Source of the DNA: an uncultured bacterium
Lineage (GTDB): Bacteria; Patescibacteriota; Minisyncoccia; UBA6257; 2-01-FULL-56-20
Assembly: GCA_963718575.1 (NCBI GenBank)
Contig: OY970358.1
Location: 514,172 to 578,171, forward strand
Reading direction: 5' to 3'
Length of the DNA: 64,000 nt
Position 1 is the stretch's first letter; each line of letters starts with the position of its first letter. Below the pieces are notes generated by a model. The model had not been told where the DNA came from. It made no database searches and worked only from the letters and a program-made list of their open reading frames with translations. The position numbers and the translations under genes are program-made. Of this stretch, positions 1 to 8,829 are shown one piece after another.

Positions 1-2
1 CC

Positions 3-200
3 AACGATGAAAGCTACCGCTCCCGCGCTGAACGCATCCTTCTTCAGCTCAAAGAAGACACCGAGCGCAACGGCGGCTACCCCGAGCTCATCGACGCAAA
101 CGGCGAACCTTATCGCACGTGGATCTACAAGAGCGCCGTCGCCGATTCTTGGTTTCCCCGCTTCGCGGGCGTGTGGCATAGGACGTTTGGGGTTCGCCCG
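3..200 (+). CDS. hypothetical protein, C-terminal fragment (gene begins upstream of window)
   Basis: Frame 3 is open from the window edge and translates to a protein-like sequence (...ERILLQLKEDTERNGGYPELIDANGEPYRTWIYKSAVADSWFPRFAGVWHRTFGVRP*). It converges on a shared terminator hairpin with the minus-strand gene 232-930. No recognisable family. Confidence 0.35.
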
Positions 201-211
201 TAAGAGGAGAT

Positions 212-250
212 AAAAAAAACAGGCCTCGCGGTTACGGCGAGGCCTTACTA
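212..250 (-). terminator. Rho-independent terminator (hairpin aggcctcgc/gcgaggcct) read from the minus strand, A-run on plus = T-run on minus
   Basis: Seen in sequence: 9-bp GC-rich stem with a 6-nt loop, directly after the stop of the minus-strand ORF 232-930 and preceded on plus by aaaaaaaa. Sits between two convergent genes. Confidence 0.5.
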
Positions 251-930
251 GAATCAATCGAAACGCTGGCGGCTTCCTGCGCGGCTCGCAGTGCTTGCGT
301 TTTTTTACGAGAACGGCGACGGGACCGCCCCCATTCCCTCACTGTTTTTCGCTCTTCTGCGGTGAGACAGAAATTCCAATCTTCCCGCGTTTGTTTTCTC
401 TTGGCGTGCTCATTTTTTTGATAACACCTCCAGAAAGTGTCTCCGGCTTCTTTGTCTTGAAAAAGCTCGAATAGTCGGTGGCACTCACATTCGGGACGAT
501 GAAAAATTCTTTTCCAGGTAATACGCGCTCGCTCCAAAAAATTCTTGACGAAATTCTCCGTGCGGAGGACTTTGCGAGCAAAATATTGGACACGGCCGCT
601 TGCATCATCAATGACAAGTATCCAACCCGCGTCCTCACCTGCGGGTCGTCCCACAACGATCTCAAAGGAGGAGCTCGGCATCCAATCGCATTGCTTCACG
701 ATTTTACGAGCACATCCCGTCCATGCCCTCACCCGATATCCTTTATGGGAGATCTCGAAGCCGACCTCTCCCGCGATCACAAATTTTTCCGTTGCTACCC
801 CGTTGTGATATTCAAGAATTCGTTGTTTTACCCACGGTGGGATTTCTTCAAACCCCAAAGCTTCCAATCCCTCCTTGAGTCCCCGATAATCCGCATATGT
901 CACCGGAACCGCTGCTGGCATGAAAACCAC
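232..930 (-). CDS. hypothetical protein
   Basis: 232-aa ORF with protein-like composition, stronger than the antisense ORF 478-1086. Followed by a terminator hairpin. No motif I can assign. Confidence 0.45.
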   Translation of the reverse strand: MVFMPAAVPVTYADYRGLKEGLEALGFEEIPPWVKQRILEYHNGVATEKFVIAGEVGFEISHKGYRVRAWTGCARKIVKQCDWMPSSSFEIVVGRPAGEDAGWILVIDDASGRVQYFARKVLRTENFVKNFLERARITWKRIFHRPECECHRLFELFQDKEAGDTFWRCYQKNEHAKRKQTREDWNFCLTAEERKTVREWGRSRRRSRKKTQALRAAQEAASVSIDSSKASP

Positions 931-1221
931 CTCCTTCCCCTATTGAGTTTTAAACGCTCATTAGGTTATACAAAAATCTGTAAAAAAGCACAATGTCCGC
1001 CAATAAATTCACATATTCAAAAAAGACAAAGGGCCACACATGAAGTGCAGCCCGGGGAGTCACTGTGGCACGTATATAAAATATAGGTGCGAAATTTTTG
1101 GCTCGTAAGCCAGAGAGCGACCGCTTTTTACGGCGGTTTAAATGATGATGATTAAGTTTCGGCAGTCGCTGATATAAATATACCAGAATCCGCCACTCCC
1201 GCAAACCCGCCCTGTGGATAA

Positions 1222-2424
1222 CTACAGAATAACCTTAAAAAAGCGCTTTTTGCCTACCTTTATAACCTCTCCGCCCCGGAGGACAAGCGGGATCTGCGGG
1301 TCGCGGCAGGGATGGTTATCCACATCAAATCCCCCTTGTTCAACAAGGCGTCGCGCCTCGCTCTTACTCGTAAACACCCCAGAAGCGATAAGAAGGTCCA
1401 CCGGTAAAATATTTCCGCTATTTATCTTGAGTGTCGGGATCGCGTCCGGGGTCTCGCGTCGCGAGAACATTTTTGCAAAATTTTCCGCCGCCGCATGCGC
1501 TTTCTTCTCGCCGTAATAACGCTTCACCACCTCGAATGCTAAAATCTCTTTCACTTTTTTTGGATTATCGCCGCCCTTGATGCCGTCGACGTGCTTCTTT
1601 ATATCTTTTTCCGGCACATCCGTCGCAAGATGGAAATAATTCGGGATCTGATCGTCGCGCACGGACATCACTTTGCCAAATTGGTCGTCGGGCGCGTCCA
1701 CGATATTGATGACATTGCCCCAGCTGGTGGACATCTTGCGGCCATCAGTGCCAAGCAGCATCTTATTTGTCATGATATCTTGCGGTTTTTGCTTATATCG
1801 CTCCTGGATCTTCCGGCCGGCGAGCAGATTAAAGAGTTGGTCCGTACCGCCGAGTTCCACGTCGGCTTTGATCGTCACGGAGTCGTATCCTTGTATGATC
1901 GGATATAAAAATTCGCGCAAACTGATCTCTTTGTGCGCCTCCCAACGATCTTTGAAATTTCTGCGCTCCACCATCTGCTGGATCGTGAACATCTCCGCAA
2001 GCTCCGAGATCTCTTGAAAATTCAATTTTCTGAGCCAGGTGCTATTGTAGCGAACCTCCGCTTTTTTGAGATCAATGATCTTACCGATCTGTGCAAGATA
2101 GCTCTTAAGATTCTTTTTGACCTGTGCGGCAGTTAGGAATGGGCGTTTTTCCAGCTTGTCGGACGGATCCCCAACCTGTGCGGTAAAATCGCCGATAATA
2201 AGAACTATCGTGTGCCCAAGGTCTTGAAACTCCCTCAGCTTCCACAGCGCCACCGCGCGGCCGATATGGATCTTATCCCCTGTCGGATCGATGCCGAACT
2301 TCACCCGAAGCTTTTTGCCCGAAAGCAGCGCCGTGCGCAGATGACTTTCATCGATCACCTCTTCCACATTGCGCGAGAGCAATGTTTCGATCTTTTCCTT
2401 ATTCAGTTCTTTATTGACCGCCAT
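1222..2424 (-). CDS. tyrS: tyrosine--tRNA ligase
   Basis: Class I aaRS motifs: HIGR (HIGH-like) near the N-terminus and KMSTS (KMSKS variant). C-terminal S4-like region (SKSEARRLVEQGG). 400 aa, typical TyrS length. Confidence 0.93.
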   Translation of the reverse strand: MAVNKELNKEKIETLLSRNVEEVIDESHLRTALLSGKKLRVKFGIDPTGDKIHIGRAVALWKLREFQDLGHTIVLIIGDFTAQVGDPSDKLEKRPFLTAAQVKKNLKSYLAQIGKIIDLKKAEVRYNSTWLRKLNFQEISELAEMFTIQQMVERRNFKDRWEAHKEISLREFLYPIIQGYDSVTIKADVELGGTDQLFNLLAGRKIQERYKQKPQDIMTNKMLLGTDGRKMSTSWGNVINIVDAPDDQFGKVMSVRDDQIPNYFHLATDVPEKDIKKHVDGIKGGDNPKKVKEILAFEVVKRYYGEKKAHAAAENFAKMFSRRETPDAIPTLKINSGNILPVDLLIASGVFTSKSEARRLVEQGGFDVDNHPCRDPQIPLVLRGGEVIKVGKKRFFKVIL

Positions 2425-2475
2425 GTAGCTCTATTCTAGCACGAAAATGCTACTATTAATACAGAAAGGCGCCGA

Positions 2476-2799
2476 TTGGCGAATATGGGAGGAAATGCAA
2501 TGGCGAGAACAGATTCGCAGTTGGAATCTTCCTTTGCTTCAATGCTGCTAGACGAGTCCTTAAAGGAAGTCCCCAGAGTGATGAAGCTGGGAAGCGTCTT
2601 TCACCTTGAAGCGCCAATCAACCTCGTAGGTCGAGAAGGGTTACATATTGCAGCGTTTTCCTGCCCAAAATGTGGGTTCATTGCTCTCATTACACGCAGA
2701 CAACTGTATGAAAAGGAGTTAATGATCTGCGGTGGAGATTTTTGTTCTGCGGAGTGGAAAATTGATGGCGAAGATATCGTTCTCCGCGAACCTCAGTAG
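2476..2799 (+). CDS. hypothetical small protein with CPKCG...C..C putative zinc-ribbon
   Basis: 107-aa ORF divergent from tyrS. Cys pair CPKCG plus downstream Cys residues. No family assigned. Confidence 0.35.
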   Translation: MANMGGNAMARTDSQLESSFASMLLDESLKEVPRVMKLGSVFHLEAPINLVGREGLHIAAFSCPKCGFIALITRRQLYEKELMICGGDFCSAEWKIDGEDIVLREPQ

Positions 2800-2875
2800 A
2801 AGAATTCTCCTACGCTCCAAAACCAAAAGCCCGACGCTTCGCGCGCCGGGCCATTTTTTACCTTGGCAAATCTTT

Positions 2876-3472
2876 TTAGGATTTCTTAATGATCTCGTCC
2901 ACCACGCCATAGGCCTTTGCTTCCTCCGCGGAAAGCCAGAAGTCGCGCTCGGTATCTTTTTCCACTTTCGCGAGCGCCTGTCCGGTGCTCTTCGCAAGGA
3001 TCTGGTTCAGCCGCGCCTTCGTTTTTAAAATCTGCCGCGCGGAGATCTCGATCTCCGTCGCCTGACCGCCGATCGAATCCACCGAGACCTGATGCAAAAG
3101 TATCTCCGAGTTCGGCAATGTAAACCGCTTGCCCTTCTTGCCGGCGGCGAGAAGGAACGACCCCATCGATGCCGCGATACCGACACACATCGTCGCCACA
3201 TCAGGCTTCACGTACTGCATCGTGTCGTAGATCGCCATGCCGGCCGTGACCGATCCGCCCGGGCTGTTGATATAGAGTTTGATATCTTTCTTCGGATCCT
3301 CGTGTTCCAAAAACAAGAGCTGCGCAATCACGGTGTTTGCAACCGCATCATTCACCGGGCCACCCAAAAAAATGATGCGTTCTTTGAGCAATCGCGAATA
3401 GATGTCATATGCCCGCTCACCGCTATTCGTCTTTTCGATGACCGTCGGGATCAGATACTGGCCTTCTTCCAT
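2876..3472 (-). CDS. clpP: ATP-dependent Clp protease proteolytic subunit
   Basis: Strong ClpP sequence ([11 protein letters not shown]..., catalytic Ser context [11 protein letters not shown], His context LLHQVS). Track ORF 2876-3571 has an N-terminal extension; the likely start is the internal Met (MEEGQYLIP...), placed by codon arithmetic from the track. Confidence 0.9.
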   Translation of the reverse strand: MEEGQYLIPTVIEKTNSGERAYDIYSRLLKERIIFLGGPVNDAVANTVIAQLLFLEHEDPKKDIKLYINSPGGSVTAGMAIYDTMQYVKPDVATMCVGIAASMGSFLLAAGKKGKRFTLPNSEILLHQVSVDSIGGQATEIEISARQILKTKARLNQILAKSTGQALAKVEKDTERDFWLSAEEAKAYGVVDEIIKKS

Positions 3473-3492
3473 GGTTGGTTGTGTTTTAAAAA

Positions 3493-4035
3493 TTATTTCT
3501 TCAACTCTTCCAGTTTGTACACCGCCTCCGCCTTCTTTATTTCTTCCTTTGCCGCGGCCGCATCGCTCCATCCGGAGATCTTCACTTCTTTTTTCTGTAA
3601 GATCTTATACGTCTCAAAAAAATTCACGATCTCCTTTAAAAGATGCGGGTTGGACGTTTCGATATCTTTGATGTTATTGATTGCACTGAAGCGCGGATCG
3701 CCCGCCTGCACCGCAAGCACCTTCGCATCCGGCTCGCCGGAGTCGTTCATATTGAGCAATCCGATCGGGCGAACCTCCACAAGGCATCCGGTGAATAACG
3801 GATCGCCGCCCATCACGAGCGCATCTAAATGATCGCCGTCTTCGGAACGGGTACCCGGAATAAAACCATAATCCAGCGGATATTGATATGAGGCGTATAA
3901 AACGCGGTCCAATTTGAAGATGCCAAGCTCTTCATTAAACTCGTATTTGTTCTTGCTCCCTTTTGGGATCTCAATGATCACATTGACGATCTCCGGCGCT
4001 TTTTCTCCTAGTGGAATTTTTTCCCAGGGTGACAT
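3493..4035 (-). CDS. ppa: inorganic pyrophosphatase (family I)
   Basis: Family I PPase signature region (DGDHLDALV..., [11 protein letters not shown]). 180 aa. Confidence 0.9.
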   Translation of the reverse strand: MSPWEKIPLGEKAPEIVNVIIEIPKGSKNKYEFNEELGIFKLDRVLYASYQYPLDYGFIPGTRSEDGDHLDALVMGGDPLFTGCLVEVRPIGLLNMNDSGEPDAKVLAVQAGDPRFSAINNIKDIETSNPHLLKEIVNFFETYKILQKKEVKISGWSDAAAAKEEIKKAEAVYKLEELKK

Positions 4036-4065
4036 AGTTTTATTTTCTTCTATTATATTACTTTT

Positions 4066-5337
4066 TTAGATTGCGATATCCTCCTTATCATCGGCCTCCG
4101 GCGCCGCGATCTGATCGCCACCGGAACTCCCTGCATCAACGAGTCCCGCAACGCCTCCTTCCACTTCTTCCTCCGGCCGCGTCTGCGAACGCACGTCGAT
4201 CTTCCACCCCGTCAGCTTTGCCGCGAGCCGCACGTTCTGTCCACCCTTTCCGATCGCGAGCGAGAGCTGGCTCTCCGGCACATACGCCCGCGCCTCGCGT
4301 CGCGGAAGGATCTCCACCTTTTCAACCTTTGCCGGCGACAGTGCATTCGCGATGAACTTCTCCGGGTCGTCGGACCACTCCGCAATGTCAATCTTCTCGT
4401 TGCCAAGCTCGTTGTTCACCGCCATCACGCGCGTACCGCGCTGGCCCACCAACGCTCCCACCGGATCGACGCCTTCGGCCTTTGATGCCGCCGCGATCTT
4501 CGTACGGTTTCCCGGCTCGCGCGCGATCGCCTTGATCTCAATCGCATCCTCCACCAATTCAGGAACCTCCATACGGAAAAGTTCTGCCACAAATTTCGGA
4601 TGCGAGCGGGAAAGGATGATGCCCGGGAGGCGCGTATCCTCCTGCACGGCAACCACTAAAAATCGCAATCGCTCCCCCGCCCGATAGTGTTCGCCCGGAA
4701 TCGATTCGTTGGCGAACATCACGCCGATCGTGCGGCCGAGATCCACAAAAATATTTCCGCGCTCGAAGCGCTGGATCACGCCGCTCACGATCTGCCCTTC
4801 GCGTCCGCGCCACTCGTTCAAAATGGAATCACGTTCGGACTCGCGCAACTTTTGCAGGATCACCTGCTTTGCGGTCTGCGCCGCAATGCGTCCAAAATCC
4901 TCGTGTGTTTCAAGCGGGAACATCATCTCCTCTCCCAGCTCAACATCTTTTTTGATCTTCTTCGCTTCATCAAACGTGATGTGTCGATCAGGATTGAACC
5001 GTGGAAGCTTCTGCTCATCATCCTCTTCGACCACCTCTTCCTTTTTCTTGGCTCCGTCTTTTTTTTCGACGGCCGCGCTCTCAGCCACTGACACCTCCTC
5101 TTCCTCTTCGACGAAACGCACCGTCGTATCATCTACAACGGTTTTGATCTGCCAGAAGTTCAGCTCACCGGTTTTTTGATCCATCTTGCACTTCACAACC
5201 TCACCGCGCTCGCCGTATTCTTTTTTGTACGCCGCCGCAATGGACGACTCGATAACGTCAAGAACCTTATCCGGATCCAATCCTTTTTCTTCCGCAACCT
5301 GCTTTAACGCTTTTGATAATTCTTTTATATTCAACAT
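4066..5337 (-). CDS. nusA: transcription termination/antitermination factor NusA
   Basis: NusA N-terminal domain, S1 region and tandem KH region (LAIGKGGQNVRLAAKLTGWKIDV) recognisable. Has an acidic insert and a C-terminal Gly-rich tail. 423 aa. Confidence 0.88.
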   Translation of the reverse strand: MLNIKELSKALKQVAEEKGLDPDKVLDVIESSIAAAYKKEYGERGEVVKCKMDQKTGELNFWQIKTVVDDTTVRFVEEEEEVSVAESAAVEKKDGAKKKEEVVEEDDEQKLPRFNPDRHITFDEAKKIKKDVELGEEMMFPLETHEDFGRIAAQTAKQVILQKLRESERDSILNEWRGREGQIVSGVIQRFERGNIFVDLGRTIGVMFANESIPGEHYRAGERLRFLVVAVQEDTRLPGIILSRSHPKFVAELFRMEVPELVEDAIEIKAIAREPGNRTKIAAASKAEGVDPVGALVGQRGTRVMAVNNELGNEKIDIAEWSDDPEKFIANALSPAKVEKVEILPRREARAYVPESQLSLAIGKGGQNVRLAAKLTGWKIDVRSQTRPEEEVEGGVAGLVDAGSSGGDQIAAPEADDKEDIAI

Positions 5338-5450
5338 TTATTTAGTTGTTATTAAGTTATATCTTTTAAAAAAAGCCGCTTGAAAGCGGACTTACATCGT
5401 TCCTCTATTATATTTGCACTATGCCTCTATGTCAAGAATATGGCTTATGA

Positions 5451-5822
5451 CTATAAATTTTCATAATGGCGAAGGTCGGCAAGTTTGCCATTTTTGAGCA
5501 CTATCGCGATAAAATCGATCTGCCACCCGCTCCCTTCATAAACCGCCCAAGGATGCCGCGCTAAAAATAAAGAACTCGCCCGAATGAGCTTATTAAGTTT
5601 TTCCCGACTAAGGTTATCCTCTGGCATAAATTCGATAGGATATCCTTCGCTATTGATCGTCTTTACCTCACAAAATATCAATAAACCATCCTTTCTTCGG
5701 GCAATTATATCTATTTCGTTGAATTTTTCCCTATGATTTCGTGCCAATATTAAATATCCATTGTTTAATAGATATTTATTAGCAATATCCTCTCCTATTT
5801 TGCCGGTTTCTATATTATTCAT
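5451..5822 (-). CDS. YraN-family (UPF0102) endonuclease-like protein
   Basis: Conserved N-terminal pattern GE.IA..YL...GY.IL.RN.R....EIDIIA typical of the YraN/UPF0102 family. 123 aa. Confidence 0.75.
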   Translation of the reverse strand: MNNIETGKIGEDIANKYLLNNGYLILARNHREKFNEIDIIARRKDGLLIFCEVKTINSEGYPIEFMPEDNLSREKLNKLIRASSLFLARHPWAVYEGSGWQIDFIAIVLKNGKLADLRHYENL

Positions 5823-5839
5823 AATTAAATATGAACGAT

Positions 5840-5992
5840 GAATTAAAATTGTGTTTTCCGTAAAACATATTAAAAATGTTTTTCAGCCAATTTTTGGCAA
5901 AAATTATTAAGAATTTAAAATATATACCTATTAATTGCCAATTTTTAATTTAAATAGCCGTCCCGAATTAAAATTGTGTTTTCCGTAAAACA
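5840..5992. repeat. two perfect 28-nt direct repeats (gaattaaaattgtgttttccgtaaaaca) about 125 nt apart in an AT-rich 460-nt spacer
   Basis: Seen in sequence at about 5840-5867 and 5965-5992. Each contains the near-palindrome gttttccgtaaaac. The spacer also holds the small hairpin gccaatttttggc. Confidence 0.7.
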
Positions 5993-6282
5993 ATTTTGAA
6001 AAACAATTTTGTTTTACAGTAGGTTTTATAGGTTTATCGGGTTTTGCCGTATTATTTTGATTTAATCCGGCAATCCGGCAAATCGCTCCTGTGAATTTGG
6101 CATCCTGTGAATTAAGACTATTCTGGAGTATTCCCCAAATGCCATCTTCGTCAGAGCTTCGACCGATAGGGCGATAGGAGGAACCCAGGAAGGCAACGGT
6201 GGGAGCAAAAACTATCTCAAGAGGTAAGCCAGTTTGAAATGCCAGACATATTGCCTTCCCGATCATCTCGCCGTATCCTTAT

Positions 6283-6621
6283 ATGACTATGAATCAAGAC
6301 CAATTAAAAGAATATAAAACGAAGTTGGAGAAAGAACGGGCGTTGCTCGCGGCGGAGATTGCGAACGATGAAAAGCCGGTGGACTTTGGAAGCGATATTG
6401 ATCATGGTGACGAAGAGAGCGACAAATCGGAACAGGTGGGGGATCAGCTCGCGGCGGCACAGGATTTGAAAAGTCGTTTGAATGAGATTGATATTGCGCT
6501 TGGAAAGATCCAGACTGGCACGTATGGAGTCTGTGAAAAATGCGGCAAGCCGATCGAGCACGAAATCCTCGCGATCGACCCGGAGTCGCGCTTTTGCAAG
6601 GAATGCAAATTGGAAAATTAA
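6283..6621 (+). CDS. DksA/TraR-family C4-type zinc-finger protein
   Basis: C-terminal CxxC-17-CxxC (GVCEKCGKPIEHEILAIDPESRFCKEC) with a preceding coiled-coil region, typical of DksA/TraR. Confidence 0.8.
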   Translation: MTMNQDQLKEYKTKLEKERALLAAEIANDEKPVDFGSDIDHGDEESDKSEQVGDQLAAAQDLKSRLNEIDIALGKIQTGTYGVCEKCGKPIEHEILAIDPESRFCKECKLEN

Positions 6622-6660
6622 TTTAGATTCTTTTAATGCTCGGCATGCGATAGTGCATGT

Positions 6661-8199
6661 ATGAGTAAAAAAATAGGACGATTATATTCTGCCGCGCTCG
6701 AAGGAATCGATGCAAAGATCATCGAGGTCGAAGCGGACATTAACGTCGGACTGCATTCGTTCAATATCGTCGGGCTCGGCGACAGGTCGCTTAACGAGGC
6801 GAAGGAGCGCGTCAATTCCGCGCTGAAAAATTCCGGCATTAAACCGCCGAATCGCGAGAATCGGAAGATCACGATCAATCTTGCGCCGGCGGATATAAAG
6901 AAGACCGGCTCACACTATGACCTTGCGATCGCTCTTGGATATCTCCTTGCAACGAAACAGATAAGAAACTTTATGTGCGCCGATAAGATATTTCTCGGCG
7001 AGCTTGCGCTCGACGGACGTCTTCGTCCGGTGAACGGGGCGCTGAATATTGCGGAGAAGGCGTCGCGCGAGGGATTTAAATATATATTTCTTCCCCGGCA
7101 GAACGCGAACGAGGCGGCGGCGATCGCGGAAATGAAAATAATTCCGCTGGATGACCTGCGCGATGCGATGGCGATCCTTGAAGAGAAAATAGATCGTGAG
7201 CCGGCTCGGTTCGATGAGGGGCTGGAGGGGGAACGATCTTTTTCGTCCGACGCGGATATCTCGGAAGTCAAAGGGCAGGAGAATGCGAAGCGGGCTCTTG
7301 AGATCGCGGCGGCGGGACAGCACAATGTTCTACTATTTGGCCCGCCCGGCGTCGGGAAAACATTTCTCTCGCGCGCGCTTGCGGGGATCATGCCTGACCT
7401 TACGACATTAGAGGCGATTGAGACAACGAAAATATGGAGTGCTGCAGGGCTCAGTCCCGGCGGCCTTATTCATAACCGTCCATTTCGGGTGCCGCACCAT
7501 ACGGCATCCATTACGGCGCTCGTCGGCGGAGGACAAGACCCGCGCCCGGGAGAGATAAGTCTTGCACACCACGGGGTTCTTTTTCTTGACGAACTTCCGG
7601 AGTTTCAAAGGAACGCGCTCGAGGCGTTGCGTCAGCCGCTCGAATCCGGCGTGGTGCACCTTGCGCGAACAAAACAAAGCGTGGCGTTTCCGGCAAAATT
7701 CATATTAGCGGCGGCCATGAATCCGTGCCCCTGTGGATTTTATGGCGATACAGAAAAAGAGTGTAAATGTTCCGCGTATGAGATCGTAAAATATCAAAAG
7801 AAAATTTCCGGGCCGTTGCTCGATCGCATCGATCTACAGGTGAAGGTGGGACGGGTTGCGATCGAGGAATTGAGAAAAGGAGAATATTGCGGCGGCGGAA
7901 AGAGCGGGGGAGGGAGCGCGGCGATAAAAACTCGCGTCGGTCGGGCGCGGACAATACAGATAGAAAGATACGGGAAACTCAATGCGGAGATGAGCTCCCG
8001 GGAAGCGCAAGAGACGACGAAGATGGACCAGGACGCCCGTGCATTCCTCGACACGCTCGACACCGGATATCTTTCTCCGCGAGGATATTACCGACTGCTC
8101 AAAGTTGCGCGCACCATCGCCGACTTGGAGGAGAAAGATGAGGTCACCTCACTCCATCTTGCGGAGGCATTCAGCTATCGATTAAAGGAAATACTTTAA
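6661..8199 (+). CDS. comM: Mg-chelatase-like AAA+ ATPase YifB/ComM
   Basis: N-terminal ChlI/Lon-like domain, Walker A LFGPPGVGKT, Walker B VLFLDELPEF, and a C-terminal Mg-chelatase domain. 512 aa. Confidence 0.9.
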   Translation: MSKKIGRLYSAALEGIDAKIIEVEADINVGLHSFNIVGLGDRSLNEAKERVNSALKNSGIKPPNRENRKITINLAPADIKKTGSHYDLAIALGYLLATKQIRNFMCADKIFLGELALDGRLRPVNGALNIAEKASREGFKYIFLPRQNANEAAAIAEMKIIPLDDLRDAMAILEEKIDREPARFDEGLEGERSFSSDADISEVKGQENAKRALEIAAAGQHNVLLFGPPGVGKTFLSRALAGIMPDLTTLEAIETTKIWSAAGLSPGGLIHNRPFRVPHHTASITALVGGGQDPRPGEISLAHHGVLFLDELPEFQRNALEALRQPLESGVVHLARTKQSVAFPAKFILAAAMNPCPCGFYGDTEKECKCSAYEIVKYQKKISGPLLDRIDLQVKVGRVAIEELRKGEYCGGGKSGGGSAAIKTRVGRARTIQIERYGKLNAEMSSREAQETTKMDQDARAFLDTLDTGYLSPRGYYRLLKVARTIADLEEKDEVTSLHLAEAFSYRLKEIL

Positions 8200-8208
8200 T
8201 CCGCGCCC

Positions 8209-8829
8209 TTAGCTCGAAAGGAGAGTAACATCCTTTTGGCTGGGAATGATGATCGAGATGCCCGGGCTAAGCGATGAGAAATTTACAGATGGGTTGAATT
8301 CGACTATCGTATTGATAGGAACGCCGAATATTGCGGAGATGGACTGGGGAGTGTCTCCAACGGCAACCTGATAGATAACGTCGGAGGTTGGTGCCTTACT
8401 AACCACGCTCGCCGCGGAGGCGGTGGTCTTAGTCTTCTCTATCGGCTCAGCATCCTTAAAGGCTCCCTCTCCGTAGAGAACGTTCGTATTTTCCACCGAC
8501 TGAATGCTTTCTGCATTAACGTTGGCAAACGCAAGGAACGGGGCGCTTTGCGGAGTAAGCGCGGCACTATCTATTTCCGCACCTTCGGCCTGGGGAATCA
8601 ACCCCGAACCGCCCGAGACCCTCCGCTCCTGGATCATCCCCGCCGGATTTGCAACAAAAACAGAGCTCCAAAGAAGTCCGGATAATAACCCGCCGATGGC
8701 CAAAAAAACAGCCACTCCTAATGGCTTATAGTCCTTATTGAGCTTTCGGATAGTCGTACTAATACTTTCGATAATACCACAATGGCTCCAAAACCTCAAA
8801 CACACCCCACGCCCGGCAAAGCCGGACAA
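8209..8829 (-). CDS. membrane-anchored LysM-domain protein
   Basis: Hydrophobic segment (LGVAVFLAIGGLLSGLLWSSVFV) then a C-terminal LysM motif (YQVAVGDTPQSISAIFGVPINTIVEFNP). The 5' end overlaps the helicase gene start, so the true start may be internal or non-ATG. Confidence 0.6.
   Translation of the reverse strand: MSGFAGRGVCLRFWSHCGIIESISTTIRKLNKDYKPLGVAVFLAIGGLLSGLLWSSVFVANPAGMIQERRVSGGSGLIPQAEGAEIDSAALTPQSAPFLAFANVNAESIQSVENTNVLYGEGAFKDAEPIEKTKTTASAASVVSKAPTSDVIYQVAVGDTPQSISAIFGVPINTIVEFNPSVNFSSLSPGISIIIPSQKDVTLLSS

Noticed and set aside
478-1086. 202-aa plus-strand ORF antisense to ORF 232-930
   Set aside because: Composition is less protein-like than the minus-strand ORF, and it lacks a terminator. 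Treated as a shadow ORF.
2876-3571. N-terminal 33-aa extension of clpP ([17 protein letters not shown]...)
   Set aside because: Gly/Arg-rich, not part of ClpP. The conserved ClpP N-terminus starts at the internal Met.
5931-6266. 111-aa minus-strand ORF spanning the AT-rich repeat spacer
   Set aside because: Low-complexity, AT-driven composition. It overlaps the 28-nt direct repeats and the likely promoter region. No homology features.
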